A DNA stretch of 64,000 nt from Clostridia bacterium (GCA_017555765.1 JAFZFT010000116.1:2038-66037), one strand, 5' to 3'; counted from the first letter of the stretch, positions 8,565-18,409 are shown. Made by a program: numbers and translations. The notes: generated from the letters alone by a model not told the origin.

Positions 8565-10256
8565 GTGAGCTCAGTGGTGGAATTCAAAGTGGTACTTTGT
8601 TGTCTTAATTCAAAATATATACATTCCTCACTTGCGCCGTGGTGCATTTATACATCTTCAAAGAAGCGTTGCAATGCCGAAGTCAGCGTCAATGTCATTG
8701 AGGGTACCGTAAACGAAAAAGAAGATGCTATTTTCGAACGCTTACTTTCAGGTAACCCGGATGCTATTGCTTTTTCTTGCTATATATGGAACATAAAAAC
8801 CGTGCTCTCACTTTCTGAAAAAATCAAGAATTACAATTCCGATATACAGATAATCCTGGGTGGTCCGGAGGTGTCCTACTGTCAGAGTAGCATATTTATT
8901 AAAAATCCGTCGGTAGATTTTATTGTTTCGGGTGAGGGCGAGGTTACTGTACCTGAGCTTATAAACAGACTGCATCTCGGAATCGACACAGATATTCCTG
9001 CCGTGTCATATCGTACAGCAGACGGTGTGCATATTGACGGCAGAGTTGCACCGACTGATGAGAGTATTTCTCCCTATTGCGAAGAGTACTTTCAAAATCT
9101 TAACGGTAGGATTGCATATATAGAGAGCAGCAGAGGCTGTCCCTTCAATTGCGCCTTTTGTCTCTCGGGTAGACTTGGAAATGTAAGATATATTGATATT
9201 TTACGAGTTAAACCTGAAATGATAAAGCTTTCTCAGATGGGCGCTAAAACCATAAAGTTTGTAGATCGTACCTTCAACTGTAATAAAAGCAGGGCGGCTG
9301 AAATACTAAGTTTTATTATTGAAAATTACGGCAAGGAGATACTGGAAGGTACTTGCTTTCATTTTGAGATAGCGGCTGATTTGCTTGATGATAATCTCTT
9401 TGAAATTATATCAAGACTTCCCGTCGGTGCTGTGCAGTTTGAGATAGGAATTCAGTCTTTTAACGAGGTTACACTTAAAGCGATTAACCGCAAAACTGAT
9501 TTATTGAAGGTTGAGGAAAATATTAAAAGACTTGTTTTCTTTGGAAATTGCCATATACATATTGACCTTATCGCAGGACTTCCCACGGAAGATTTTGATA
9601 GTTTCGTTGGCGGCTTCAATAAAGCGTACGGGTTAGGTGCGAATATGCTTCAGCTTGGCTTCCTGAAGATTCTTAACGGTACACCTATGGCAGAATACAG
9701 AGAAAAATACCCTTGCGAATACTGTTCTGAGCCGCCGTATACAGTTATATCAACTCCATATATATCAAAAGAAGAGCTTGAAAAGCTTCACATTGCCGAA
9801 AACGAATTGGATCGACTTTATAACAGTGGCAGATTTGTACGCGCTCTCGGATATGTGCTTTCTGCAAGCAAAATGCCGCCTTTTGAACTGTTTTATAGCT
9901 TGGGCGAGCGTCTTGGCTTCTTAGGCGAAAAGGGGAGCATACCTCTTGATAGGTACACAAATCTAGTTTTTGAATATTTTTCATTGCTTGAAGGTGTAGA
10001 AGCAGCAAAGCTTCGTGATGCGATGATATACGACCGTATTTCTACTAATAATTCGGGTGTTATTCCCGAAAAGCTCAAGGCTGCGGATAACAATATGAAA
10101 AAGGTACGAAACCTTATCAAAGAAGCCGCTCCACTTAAAAGTGGCCGTAATCGAAGTGTTGCAATACTCTACACTGAAAGTAAGGCTATATACTGTGACT
10201 ATGAATATCGCAACCCTGTCACAGGTAGATATAATGTAGTCGAATACCCGCTGTAA
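8565..10256 (+). CDS. B12-binding-domain radical SAM protein with DUF4080-like C-terminal region
   Basis: It has a GTG start after a GAAAGAGGG RBS. The N-terminal Rossmann/B12-like region is VVLCCLNSKYIHSSLAPWC...IAFSCYIWN. The radical SAM cluster motif is SRGCPFNCAFCLS (CxxxCxxC). The long C-terminal region is typical of DUF4080 proteins. Confidence 0.75.
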   Translation: MSSVVEFKVVLCCLNSKYIHSSLAPWCIYTSSKKRCNAEVSVNVIEGTVNEKEDAIFERLLSGNPDAIAFSCYIWNIKTVLSLSEKIKNYNSDIQIILGGPEVSYCQSSIFIKNPSVDFIVSGEGEVTVPELINRLHLGIDTDIPAVSYRTADGVHIDGRVAPTDESISPYCEEYFQNLNGRIAYIESSRGCPFNCAFCLSGRLGNVRYIDILRVKPEMIKLSQMGAKTIKFVDRTFNCNKSRAAEILSFIIENYGKEILEGTCFHFEIAADLLDDNLFEIISRLPVGAVQFEIGIQSFNEVTLKAINRKTDLLKVEENIKRLVFFGNCHIHIDLIAGLPTEDFDSFVGGFNKAYGLGANMLQLGFLKILNGTPMAEYREKYPCEYCSEPPYTVISTPYISKEELEKLHIAENELDRLYNSGRFVRALGYVLSASKMPPFELFYSLGERLGFLGEKGSIPLDRYTNLVFEYFSLLEGVEAAKLRDAMIYDRISTNNSGVIPEKLKAADNNMKKVRNLIKEAAPLKSGRNRSVAILYTESKAIYCDYEYRNPVTGRYNVVEYPL

Positions 10257-10288
10257 GAAAAGAAATTCAAAAAAATTCTAAAATTCTG

Positions 10289-10317
10289 TTGACAACGGCA
10301 AATAATTGTTGTATAAT
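10289..10317 (+). promoter_or_regulatory. Perfect-consensus sigma-A promoter for tRNA-Thr
   Basis: TTGACA (10289-10294), a 17-nt spacer, then TATAAT (10312-10317), 23 nt before the tRNA 5' end. Confidence 0.8.
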
Positions 10318-10340
10318 CATCAAGCTGTTAAAAAACAGAT

Positions 10341-10416
10341 GCTGATATAGCTCAGTCGGTAGAGTGCATCCTTGGTAAGGATGAGGTCACCGGTTCAAAT
10401 CCGGTTATCAGCTCCA
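10341..10416 (+). tRNA. tRNA-Thr (anticodon GGT), encoded CCA
   Basis: The sequence is GCTGATATAGCTCAGTCGGTAGAGTGCATCCTTGGTAAGGATGAGGTCACCGGTTCAAATCCGGTTATCAGCTCCA. It folds into a clean cloverleaf with anticodon loop TTGGTAA. Confidence 0.93.
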
Positions 10417-10420
10417 AAAA

Positions 10421-10458
10421 TCGACAACCTTCTGTTGAAGGTTGTCGATTCTTAATTT
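10421..10458 (+). terminator. Intrinsic terminator after tRNA-Thr
   Basis: An 11-bp stem TCGACAACCTT / AAGGTTGTCGA is followed by TTCTTAATTT. Confidence 0.75.
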
Positions 10459-10510
10459 GTGTCCGTAGAATATAACTTAGTTATGAGCGTAGCAAGTACT
10501 TTGTTTGTAT

Positions 10511-10547
10511 TAAAAAAATCGCATCCGAAAACGGGTGCGATTTTTTG
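10511..10547. terminator. Bidirectional intrinsic terminator (serves the yfhO-like gene on the minus strand)
   Basis: The 10-bp stem ATCGCATCCG-aaaa-CGGGTGCGAT is flanked by A7 on one side and T6 on the other. Confidence 0.8.
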
Positions 10548-10551
10548 ATTC

Positions 10552-13479
10552 TTACTCTGACTCATCCTTTTTGGGTGAAATAATCTGCCTTGTAATGTTG
10601 CCTTCAGGCGGCATTATAATCTCACGCATCGGATAATCATCCAAGGACGATATACCGCTGATATCAACCAGTTCTACAACTGTTTCAGGCGGTTTTGAGA
10701 CCTTTTCGGGTACGGGAAGGAAAACATCAGTTGAGTAGCTGAGGTCGGGCTTCTGATATCTTATACGCTTTTTCTTCGACTTCTTATTCTTATATCCGAA
10801 AAGGATTTTTATAAGATAGTAAGCGGTTATGGCGAGTACTGTCATAACTGAAACGAGAAGCCCTGCATATAAGGTGCTGAGCTCGTATCTGAATTCGATA
10901 TCGTGATTGCCTCTTTCAACAAGTACGCCTATAAAAGCATCGCCTATAGCAACAATGTTTTCGGGTGCAACCTTTTCTCCGTCAATATATACCTTCCATG
11001 CTTCATCGTAGGGTATGGATGTATAAACTAACGAGTCTTCAGTTGCGGTAAATCTGCCTTTAATACTTGTTTCATTGAATTCTTCGATGAGTATCTGTTG
11101 TTGCTTGAGAAGCTCGTAGCCGTTTTCGAGAGTTTCTTCATCAAGAGAATATGCTAAAAACTTGATAGTGCCTGATGATGCCTCGAGAGGGAGATTTACG
11201 GTGATAGTTTCATTGGCGTGGTGGTAGCCGATGTCGAGAATACAGCTCTGGTCAACACTGTGTGCCATTGTACCGAGGCTCGAGGTTACAGTTATACTTC
11301 TAGCGTTTGAGTCCGTAACATCGAAATAAATATAAATGTTCGAATCTATCTCGGGGATAAGTGTAAATATCGCCGCACCGTCATAGCTGGTGTTGGTTTT
11401 GTAGAAGCTGAAAGCTGTTTCAGTTATACTTTCAGTAAAAGGTGCGATATTTGAGTAGTCAATGTACGCGGGGAACAAGCGATGGAAGGGGCTTCCGAGT
11501 CCGCCTGTTGCGAGATTGAAATAGTCTCCCTGAAGAGCAAAGGGGTCAGCAAGAGTATTTCTTTCCCAGTTTTCGATGTATTCCTCATTTGCCCAGTTTG
11601 CAACATTACTGTCAACGAGGTAAGCGATAGGAAGATAGTAGTTATTTTTGTAAGCGGTGTAATACGATTGAGAGTATACACTTTTATAATTCGGAGACGA
11701 AGCTAAAAGGTCAGGGCTTGTATTGTTTACAATGTACTTGAGTGAGAACATCATATTGTAAACAGGTGTCTGCGGATTGTAGGTGAAGCTGTTGATTGTG
11801 TTGCCCATCATACCGAGTTTGTGCTGGAGCTTCGAAACCTTTTCGGATGCCATTGATGAAAATACTGAAACACCGTTGTAGTTGAGCCATGAGGGATCCA
11901 TTCTTGTACGAAGGTCTGTAAGCTCCATGCGGTAGAAATCTCCGTCTTCAATTGTGTCAAGCTTTTCCTTTACATCCCGAAATTCGTCGTAACCTGAAAC
12001 GTAGGATTCCTTATTTACGGATATGCTCATAGTGTTTGAGTCGCACATAACAGCCTCACTACAAACACATATCACGAGAAGTGCCGCAACTGAGGCGGTA
12101 CGGAATTTCTTATCGAGGAAAATTGCGATGATACAAACATAAAGAACAATGAGTATGATTGAAAGTGTTACGGAGCTTGCGGTGACATTCTTTGATGTCA
12201 TTTCCTGGATGAGCATAACGAAAAGTACAAGTCCCGTGCCGACTGCAGCAAAGTGTCTGGTGTTAAATTCTTTTGCTCTTATAAATGTCTTGTACGCTAT
12301 AACAAGCAGTACAAAGGAGTAAATGAATGACTGTCTGTAGGGGAGGTCGTTAGGCCAGTGGAAGCCGTGCCAGATGTAGTTGAGATAGTTTACATTGAAG
12401 CTGAGGAGGAGTACCGTGAGAAGCGCAAGAGTTGCGAATTTTTCCTTTTTTGATATTGATTTTGTAAAGAAGTACAGCGGTGCAAGGATAAGAGTGAAAA
12501 TACCGCAGTAAACATTGGGGAGTACGTGGTCGCCGCTGCTTCTGATGGTTGTGGTAAGATTTGCAAGGTGATTTGCGAAGAAATCGTAAAATGAAAAATA
12601 TGATTTGAATTCAGTTGGGAAGATGTTCGAGGTAGCAGATGAGGACTTGAGCACCTCATAAACAGGAAGGAGTACACACGCCATAAGTCCGGCGGCAGTA
12701 ATTGCGGCTATTGTGAAGATTACACCGCTTCTGAGAAAACGGTTGTTTGTTATACGCTTTCTATTTTTTGTTTTTCTGTCTACTATATCAACGATGCTGT
12801 AATTTGAGAAGAAATAGTATATGAAATATATGACAGAGAAAATGCAGAGCATATATGACATGTAGTAGTTTGAAAACATTGTTAGAGCAAGAGAAATAAT
12901 AAAGGTTTTCATCTTGCCGTTGTCGATTATTCTCTCAATACCGAGAAGTACTATCGGTAAAAGCACCATAGCATCAAGCCACATAACATTCCAGTAATAT
13001 GCGAGCATATATCCGCAGAAGGAATACATAACGCCGAAAGAGACAGTTACATAATTCTGTGAATGAAGTGATCGCTTGATGTAGTAGGTGAATGTTGAAG
13101 CTGATAAGGCAGCTTTAATGAGAATCATAGTCGCTATAGCTTCAGTGATACCTTTGTGACCGAAAAAGATAATCAAGAAACCGAGAGGACTTGAAAGGTA
13201 GTTGAAATAGTTTCCGAGGAAACAGCTACCGAGGCCTGATGTCCAGGAATAGATAAGATTTTCAGAGCCTGAGATTCTGTCATAAAGTTCAGCAAAAAGA
13301 GGCCCGTATTGGTGGTAAAGATCCATTCTGAGAATGGTATTTTCACCGATAGGTATCATTTTGTTACAAAGATATATGGTAAGCATTGTAACTGCGGTTG
13401 CAAAAAACGCAATAACAATGTATTTATTCTCTGAGACAATAGACTTAATGTTGGGCTTGTTATTGTTACTCATACTCAA
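10552..13479 (-). CDS. YfhO family polytopic membrane protein (putative glycosyltransferase) with large extracytoplasmic domain and about 100-aa C-terminal tail
   Basis: 975 aa with more than 12 N-terminal TM segments. The early DLYHQYGPLFAELY block is characteristic of YfhO proteins. A single TM near the C-terminus is followed by a K/R-rich tail. Confidence 0.6.
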   Translation of the reverse strand: MSMSNNNKPNIKSIVSENKYIVIAFFATAVTMLTIYLCNKMIPIGENTILRMDLYHQYGPLFAELYDRISGSENLIYSWTSGLGSCFLGNYFNYLSSPLGFLIIFFGHKGITEAIATMILIKAALSASTFTYYIKRSLHSQNYVTVSFGVMYSFCGYMLAYYWNVMWLDAMVLLPIVLLGIERIIDNGKMKTFIISLALTMFSNYYMSYMLCIFSVIYFIYYFFSNYSIVDIVDRKTKNRKRITNNRFLRSGVIFTIAAITAAGLMACVLLPVYEVLKSSSATSNIFPTEFKSYFSFYDFFANHLANLTTTIRSSGDHVLPNVYCGIFTLILAPLYFFTKSISKKEKFATLALLTVLLLSFNVNYLNYIWHGFHWPNDLPYRQSFIYSFVLLVIAYKTFIRAKEFNTRHFAAVGTGLVLFVMLIQEMTSKNVTASSVTLSIILIVLYVCIIAIFLDKKFRTASVAALLVICVCSEAVMCDSNTMSISVNKESYVSGYDEFRDVKEKLDTIEDGDFYRMELTDLRTRMDPSWLNYNGVSVFSSMASEKVSKLQHKLGMMGNTINSFTYNPQTPVYNMMFSLKYIVNNTSPDLLASSPNYKSVYSQSYYTAYKNNYYLPIAYLVDSNVANWANEEYIENWERNTLADPFALQGDYFNLATGGLGSPFHRLFPAYIDYSNIAPFTESITETAFSFYKTNTSYDGAAIFTLIPEIDSNIYIYFDVTDSNARSITVTSSLGTMAHSVDQSCILDIGYHHANETITVNLPLEASSGTIKFLAYSLDEETLENGYELLKQQQILIEEFNETSIKGRFTATEDSLVYTSIPYDEAWKVYIDGEKVAPENIVAIGDAFIGVLVERGNHDIEFRYELSTLYAGLLVSVMTVLAITAYYLIKILFGYKNKKSKKKRIRYQKPDLSYSTDVFLPVPEKVSKPPETVVELVDISGISSLDDYPMREIIMPPEGNITRQIISPKKDESE

Positions 13480-13601
13480 CCTTCTTTCATATTGATAAGT
13501 ATAATTATAGAAATAATACTATAAATATATTTAATCTTCAAGCATTTTCCGGAATTAAATTTATATTAATACTTAATTAAATCTTTTATCGGCACATTGT
13601 C

Positions 13602-13630
13602 TTGAATTTTATTTAACATTATAGTATAAT
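13602..13630 (+). promoter_or_regulatory. Sigma-A promoter for the flavoprotein gene
   Basis: TTGAAT (13602-13607), a 17-nt spacer, then TATAAT (13625-13630). Confidence 0.6.
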
Positions 13631-13663
13631 ATCAAACTAGACTATAATGTTGGAGAAGAGCTT

Positions 13664-14899
13664 ATGAGTAAAAAAGTAATAGTAATCGGTGCCGGTGCGG
13701 CGGGACTTATGGCTTCAGGTGTTGCGGCTGAAAATGGCGCAGATGTAATTCTTATCGAACGTAATGACAGACCTGCCAGAAAAGTTATGATAACAGGCAA
13801 AGGCCGCTGTAATGTAACTAACAACTGTACAATGATAAATGAGCTTATCGCAAATGTACCCACAAACGGAAGATTTCTTTACAGTGCTTTTTCAAGGTTT
13901 ATGCCTATTGATACTATGGAATTTTTCGAGGATATGGGGGTGCCTCTCAAGGTTGAAAGAGGTAACAGAGTGTTCCCGGAAAGTGATAAGGCAGTAGATA
14001 TTGTAGATGCGCTTAATTCCTTCAGTCAGGATGCAGGTGCAAAGCGCATAAAGGGAAGAGTTACTGAGCTTACAGTTTCTGACGGTGCAGTCAAGGGTGT
14101 AGTCCTCGAAGATGGTACAGAGTACGAAGCGGATGCTGTAATCGTTGCAACTGGCGGTGTATCATATCCTCTCACAGGCTCAAGCGGTGACGGATACGAA
14201 CTTGCAAAGCAGGTAGGGCACAGTGTAACCGACCTCAAGCCTTCTCTCGTACCTCTTGTGTGCCATGAAGGTTTTTGCAGTGACCTGCAGGGTCTTTCGC
14301 TCAAGAATGTATCAATCAGTGTAATTGATACTCACAGCTATAAAGAAGTATATAAGGATTTCGGCGAGATGCTCTTTACTCACTTCGGAGTTTCGGGTCC
14401 GATGATTTTAAGTGCAAGCTCACATCTTAAGGATATAACTCCCAGAAGATATGAGATACATATCGACCTTAAGCCTGCGGTTTCTTATGAGCAGCTCGAC
14501 AAGAGAATACAGAGAGATTTCCTTGAAAATACAAACAAAAATTTTATCAACGCCCTCGATTCACTTCTGCCTAAGAAGCTTGTACCCGTAATAGTACGTC
14601 TTTGTGGTATTAAACCTGCAACTAAGGTTAATCAGATTACCAAGGAGCAGAGGGGAAACCTTGTTAATCTTCTTAAGGATTTAAAGGTTACCGTACTTAA
14701 ATACAGACCCATTGAAGAGGCGATTATTACATCCGGTGGTATCAGCACTAAGGAGATTGACCCGAAAACAATGGAATCAAAGCTTTGCAAGGGACTATAT
14801 TTTGCAGGCGAGGTTATTGATGTTGACGCTTATACGGGCGGATTCAATTTACAGATTGCATTTTCTACCGGCAGACTTGCAGGTGAAAGTTGCTGTTAA
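13664..14899 (+). CDS. HI0933/BaiN-family NAD(P)/FAD-dependent oxidoreductase
   Basis: The dinucleotide fold is KVIVIGAGAAGLMASGVAAENGADVILIERN. The family block MITGKGRCNVTN follows. The C-terminal block is GLYFAGEVIDVDAYTGGFNLQIAFSTG. Confidence 0.85.
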   Translation: MSKKVIVIGAGAAGLMASGVAAENGADVILIERNDRPARKVMITGKGRCNVTNNCTMINELIANVPTNGRFLYSAFSRFMPIDTMEFFEDMGVPLKVERGNRVFPESDKAVDIVDALNSFSQDAGAKRIKGRVTELTVSDGAVKGVVLEDGTEYEADAVIVATGGVSYPLTGSSGDGYELAKQVGHSVTDLKPSLVPLVCHEGFCSDLQGLSLKNVSISVIDTHSYKEVYKDFGEMLFTHFGVSGPMILSASSHLKDITPRRYEIHIDLKPAVSYEQLDKRIQRDFLENTNKNFINALDSLLPKKLVPVIVRLCGIKPATKVNQITKEQRGNLVNLLKDLKVTVLKYRPIEEAIITSGGISTKEIDPKTMESKLCKGLYFAGEVIDVDAYTGGFNLQIAFSTGRLAGESCC

Positions 14900-14932
14900 A
14901 TGATAGTACAATTCGAATAAAGGAGACGGACT

Positions 14933-15610
14933 ATGAAGATTATAAATGTTGCAATAGATGGCCCTGCAGGTGCAGGTAAGAGTACAATAGCGAGAGCTGC
15001 ATCAAAGGAGCTCGGATATATTTACATTGACACCGGTGCGCTTTACAGAACTGTAGGTCTCAATGCAGTAAGACTCGGAGTTGATATTCATAATGACGAC
15101 GCTGTTATTTCAACACTTACTGATGAGCTTTGCGTTGAACTTAAATTTGTTGACGGTGAGCAAAGAATGTTCCTTAATGGTGAGGATGTATCAACTGCAA
15201 TAAGAACTCCTGAGGCTTCAATGGCGGCTTCAAGGGTTTCTGCTGTGCCTGCAGTAAGAAAATATCTTTTTGATTTACAGAAAAATCTTGCAAAGTCAAA
15301 CAACTGTATTATGGACGGCAGAGATATCGGTACAGTTGTACTTCCTGACGCAGATGTTAAGATTTTCCTTACCGCATCACCCGAAGCAAGAGCAACAAGA
15401 AGATACAAGGAGCTTCTTGAAAAAGGAATGGATGCTTCCTATGAAGAAGTGCTTGCAGATATGATTAAGCGTGATTACGACGATTCACACAGAGCTATTG
15501 CACCTCTCAAGCAGGCTGACGATGCAGTACTGTGCGACACAAGTGAGCTTACCCTTGAGGAGTCGGTTAAGCTTGTAATTGATACAATCAAAATAGGTAT
15601 CAGCAAATAA
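14933..15610 (+). CDS. cmk: Cytidylate kinase
   Basis: IAIDGPAGAGKSTIARAASKELGYIYIDTGALYR matches Cmk. Synteny with plsC and ispH/rpsA supports the call. Confidence 0.92.
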   Translation: MKIINVAIDGPAGAGKSTIARAASKELGYIYIDTGALYRTVGLNAVRLGVDIHNDDAVISTLTDELCVELKFVDGEQRMFLNGEDVSTAIRTPEASMAASRVSAVPAVRKYLFDLQKNLAKSNNCIMDGRDIGTVVLPDADVKIFLTASPEARATRRYKELLEKGMDASYEEVLADMIKRDYDDSHRAIAPLKQADDAVLCDTSELTLEESVKLVIDTIKIGISK

Positions 15611-15673
15611 AAAAACTGTACTTTTAATAAAAATATAAATTCCGGTAACCCTATTTTTATAGGGGATGATTGA

Positions 15674-16351
15674 TTGGAATTTGATTATACTTCTGTAAAC
15701 AACAGTTTTGTATACAACCTTGTGAAGCTACCTTTATGGATAGCTTCACATATTACTTATAAATACCGATGTAAAGGGCGGAAAAACATACCTTCAGAGG
15801 GTAGACTCATAATCGCCTGCAACCACGTCGCTTTTTCTGATCCGGCTCTTATTGTTGTCAACTGTCCTAGAAAAATTCATTATATGGCAAAGAGTGATTT
15901 GTTTGAAAATCCTGCATTCGCCTTGCTTCTTACGAAAATGAACGCCTTTCCGGTAAAAAGATGGACTGCCGACAGAAATGCATTGAAGTACGCAATCAAG
16001 GTGCTTGAAAGTGAAGGTGTGCTCGGTATTTTCCCGGAGGGCAGACGGGTGCGTGGCGGTGTTCAGCCTGTTGAAGCAAGAAAAGGGATAGGGTACATCG
16101 CAAAGAAAACGGGAGCAGACGTTCTTCCGTGTTGTATTTATAAGATAAAAAAACGGTATCGCAGTGAGTTAGTGCTTGTTTTTGGTACAGTTATCAAAAA
16201 CAGTGAGCTATTTTCAGCTGACGAAAAAAGCACTTCCTCTGACAGTGCAAAAGCCGCTTCGTCAATAATTATGGATAGGATTAAGGAATTATGGTTAAAT
16301 CAGGAAAAGTTTTTCAAACCGCAAAAACAGCAGGATTCTGCTTCGGAGTAA
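15674..16351 (+). CDS. plsC: 1-acyl-sn-glycerol-3-phosphate acyltransferase
   Basis: The HxxxxD motif is CNHVAFSDP and the FPEGRR motif is present. The start is TTG, per the ORF track. Confidence 0.85.
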   Translation: MEFDYTSVNNSFVYNLVKLPLWIASHITYKYRCKGRKNIPSEGRLIIACNHVAFSDPALIVVNCPRKIHYMAKSDLFENPAFALLLTKMNAFPVKRWTADRNALKYAIKVLESEGVLGIFPEGRRVRGGVQPVEARKGIGYIAKKTGADVLPCCIYKIKKRYRSELVLVFGTVIKNSELFSADEKSTSSDSAKAASSIIMDRIKELWLNQEKFFKPQKQQDSASE

Positions 16352-18288
16352 ACAGAGCGGTAAAAATACTCAACAAAATTGTCGATGAGGGCAGAAATGT
16401 CTGTACTCTCGGTCCGATTATTCATAATCCTATTGTAATTGAGGAGCTTGAAAGCAAGGGCGTGAAGATTATTGATTCTCCTTCGCAGACTCCTGAAGGC
16501 TTTGAGATTGTAATAAGAGCACATGGTGTTACAGGGCAGATTATCAGTGAATTAGATAAAAACAGCATCAGATATACTGATGCTACTTGTCCGTACGTGC
16601 TGAAAATCCATAAAATTATCAAAGAAAATTCAAGAGAGGATAATATCGTACTGATAGCAGGAGATGAAAGTCACCCTGAGGTGTGTGGGTTCAGAAGTCA
16701 TTGTAAGGGAAAGTCCTTCGTTTTTAAAAACAGCGACGAGCTTGAGAAAATACTTGAAAATAACAGTTTTATTGCTGATGGAGAAATTATACTTGTCGCT
16801 CAAACGACTTTTTCGGTAAAAGAATGGAAAAAAAGCGAAAAAATAATTGAAAAACTCTGTACAAATCAAAAAACATTTGATACAATATGTAGAGCTACCC
16901 AAGACAGACAGCTTGAGGCGGTGGAGCTTTCTAAAAAATCTGATGCTATGATTGTTATCGGAGGCAGATTCAGTTCCAACACAGTGAAGCTTTATAATGT
17001 GTGTAAGGAAAACTGTGATACCTTCCTTATCGAAAGGGTAGAAGAACTCAGAGATGTTGACTTTTCATCTTATGAGAAAATTGGTATAACAGCAGGTGCT
17101 TCAACACCTGCACGTATAATAAAGGAGGTTGAAGTCTTTATGACCGAAAACTTTAGTGAAACAAAAAATATCAAGGAGTCACAGGATCAGGAGTTGTTCT
17201 ATGCAGCAGTAGATAGCATTGACGATACAAGCGATAATCCCTTTGTTGTTGGCATCGTTGTTGGCATTGCACCTAACGAGATTCAGGTTGATATCGGCAG
17301 AAAGTATGCCGGCTTTATCCCTGTTGAAGAGTACAGCAATGATCCCACAGCCGATCCCGCTAAGGAACTTAAGATTGGCGACGAACTCAATCTCATTATC
17401 ATGAAAACAAATGATAATGAAGGCACAATGAAGCTCTCAAAGCGTCTCTATGACAGAAGAGCATCATGGAAGAACATCCTCGCAGCTAAGGAAAACGACG
17501 AAGTTGTTGAAGCGGTTGTTTCAGAAGCTGTAAAGGGTGGCGTAATTGCATATCCTATGGGTGCAAGAGTATTTATCCCTGCATCACTCACAGGTCTTGC
17601 AAAGGACGAAGAACTTACCAAGCTCGTTAAGGAAAAGGTTAAGTTCAGAATCATCGATATCGATGAGCAGAAGAAGAGAGTTGTTGGCTCAATCCGTGCA
17701 GTTCTCAGAGAAGAGCGCAAGGAAGCTACAGATGCTTTCTGGTCAAACATTGCAGAGGGTCAGGAGTTCACCGGTACTGTTAAGTCACTTACAAACTATG
17801 GCGCATTCGTAGATCTTGGCGGTGTTGACGGTATGGTACATATCTCCGAGCTTTCATGGAAGAGAATCAAGCATCCTTCAGAAATCGTTAACGTTGGCGA
17901 TACTGTTAAGGTATTCGTTAAGGCTCTCGATGCTGAAAAGAGAAAGATTTCTCTCGGCTACAAGAGAATCGAAGACAATCCCTGGGAAATCCTCAAGAGA
18001 GATTATCCCGTTGATTCAGTTGTAGATGTTACAGTTGTAGGTCTTACAACCTTCGGTGCTTTCGCTACTGTTATTGACGGTATCGACGGTCTTATTCACA
18101 TTTCACAGATCGCTGACCGCCACATTGCTTCTCCCAAGGAAGTTCTTCACGTTGGTGATGTTGTCAAGGCTAAGATTACAGAAATCGACTTCGATAAGAA
18201 GCGTGTGAGCCTTTCAATCCGTGCTCTTATCGAGCCCGCAGCTGAAGAAGTAGCAGAAGAGGCTGTTGCTGAAGAAGCAGCTGAATAA
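16291..18288 (+). CDS. ispH: Bifunctional 4-hydroxy-3-methylbut-2-enyl diphosphate reductase (IspH) / ribosomal protein S1 fusion
   Basis: The N-terminal half is IspH (AKTAGFCFGVNRAV, DATCPYV, GGRFSSNT). The C-terminal half carries four S1 repeats (for example GTVKSLTNYGAFVDLGGVDGMVHISELSW). AAGGA lies 4 nt before the ATG. The gene overlaps the plsC 3' end by 61 nt. Confidence 0.9.
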   Translation: MVKSGKVFQTAKTAGFCFGVNRAVKILNKIVDEGRNVCTLGPIIHNPIVIEELESKGVKIIDSPSQTPEGFEIVIRAHGVTGQIISELDKNSIRYTDATCPYVLKIHKIIKENSREDNIVLIAGDESHPEVCGFRSHCKGKSFVFKNSDELEKILENNSFIADGEIILVAQTTFSVKEWKKSEKIIEKLCTNQKTFDTICRATQDRQLEAVELSKKSDAMIVIGGRFSSNTVKLYNVCKENCDTFLIERVEELRDVDFSSYEKIGITAGASTPARIIKEVEVFMTENFSETKNIKESQDQELFYAAVDSIDDTSDNPFVVGIVVGIAPNEIQVDIGRKYAGFIPVEEYSNDPTADPAKELKIGDELNLIIMKTNDNEGTMKLSKRLYDRRASWKNILAAKENDEVVEAVVSEAVKGGVIAYPMGARVFIPASLTGLAKDEELTKLVKEKVKFRIIDIDEQKKRVVGSIRAVLREERKEATDAFWSNIAEGQEFTGTVKSLTNYGAFVDLGGVDGMVHISELSWKRIKHPSEIVNVGDTVKVFVKALDAEKRKISLGYKRIEDNPWEILKRDYPVDSVVDVTVVGLTTFGAFATVIDGIDGLIHISQIADRHIASPKEVLHVGDVVKAKITEIDFDKKRVSLSIRALIEPAAEEVAEEAVAEEAAE

Positions 18289-18306
18289 TTAAATTTCAGT
18301 ATTTTA

Positions 18307-18340
18307 CAGGTGTTGGATTTTTTATCCGACACCTGTTTTT
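18307..18340 (+). terminator. Intrinsic terminator after ispH/rpsA
   Basis: The 12-bp stem CAGGTGTTGGAT-tttt-ATCCGACACCTG is followed by TTTTT. Confidence 0.85.
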
Positions 18341-18343
18341 CTA

Positions 18344-18372
18344 TTGACAAACAGCAGGAAAAAGAGTACAAT
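18344..18372 (+). promoter_or_regulatory. Sigma-A promoter of the Y-family polymerase operon
   Basis: TTGACA (18344-18349), a 17-nt spacer, then TACAAT (18367-18372). Confidence 0.75.
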
Positions 18373-18377
18373 AACAA

Positions 18378-18391
18378 CGAACAAATGTTCT
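18378..18391 (+). promoter_or_regulatory. LexA operator (Cheo / SOS box)
   Basis: CGAACAAATGTTCT compares with the Firmicute consensus CGAACRNRYGTTYC. It has a perfect GAAC-N4-GTTC core. It starts 6 nt after the -10 hexamer, so it covers the predicted transcription start. Confidence 0.75.
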
Positions 18392-18409
18392 TTGGAGGAG
18401 GTGAGTACA

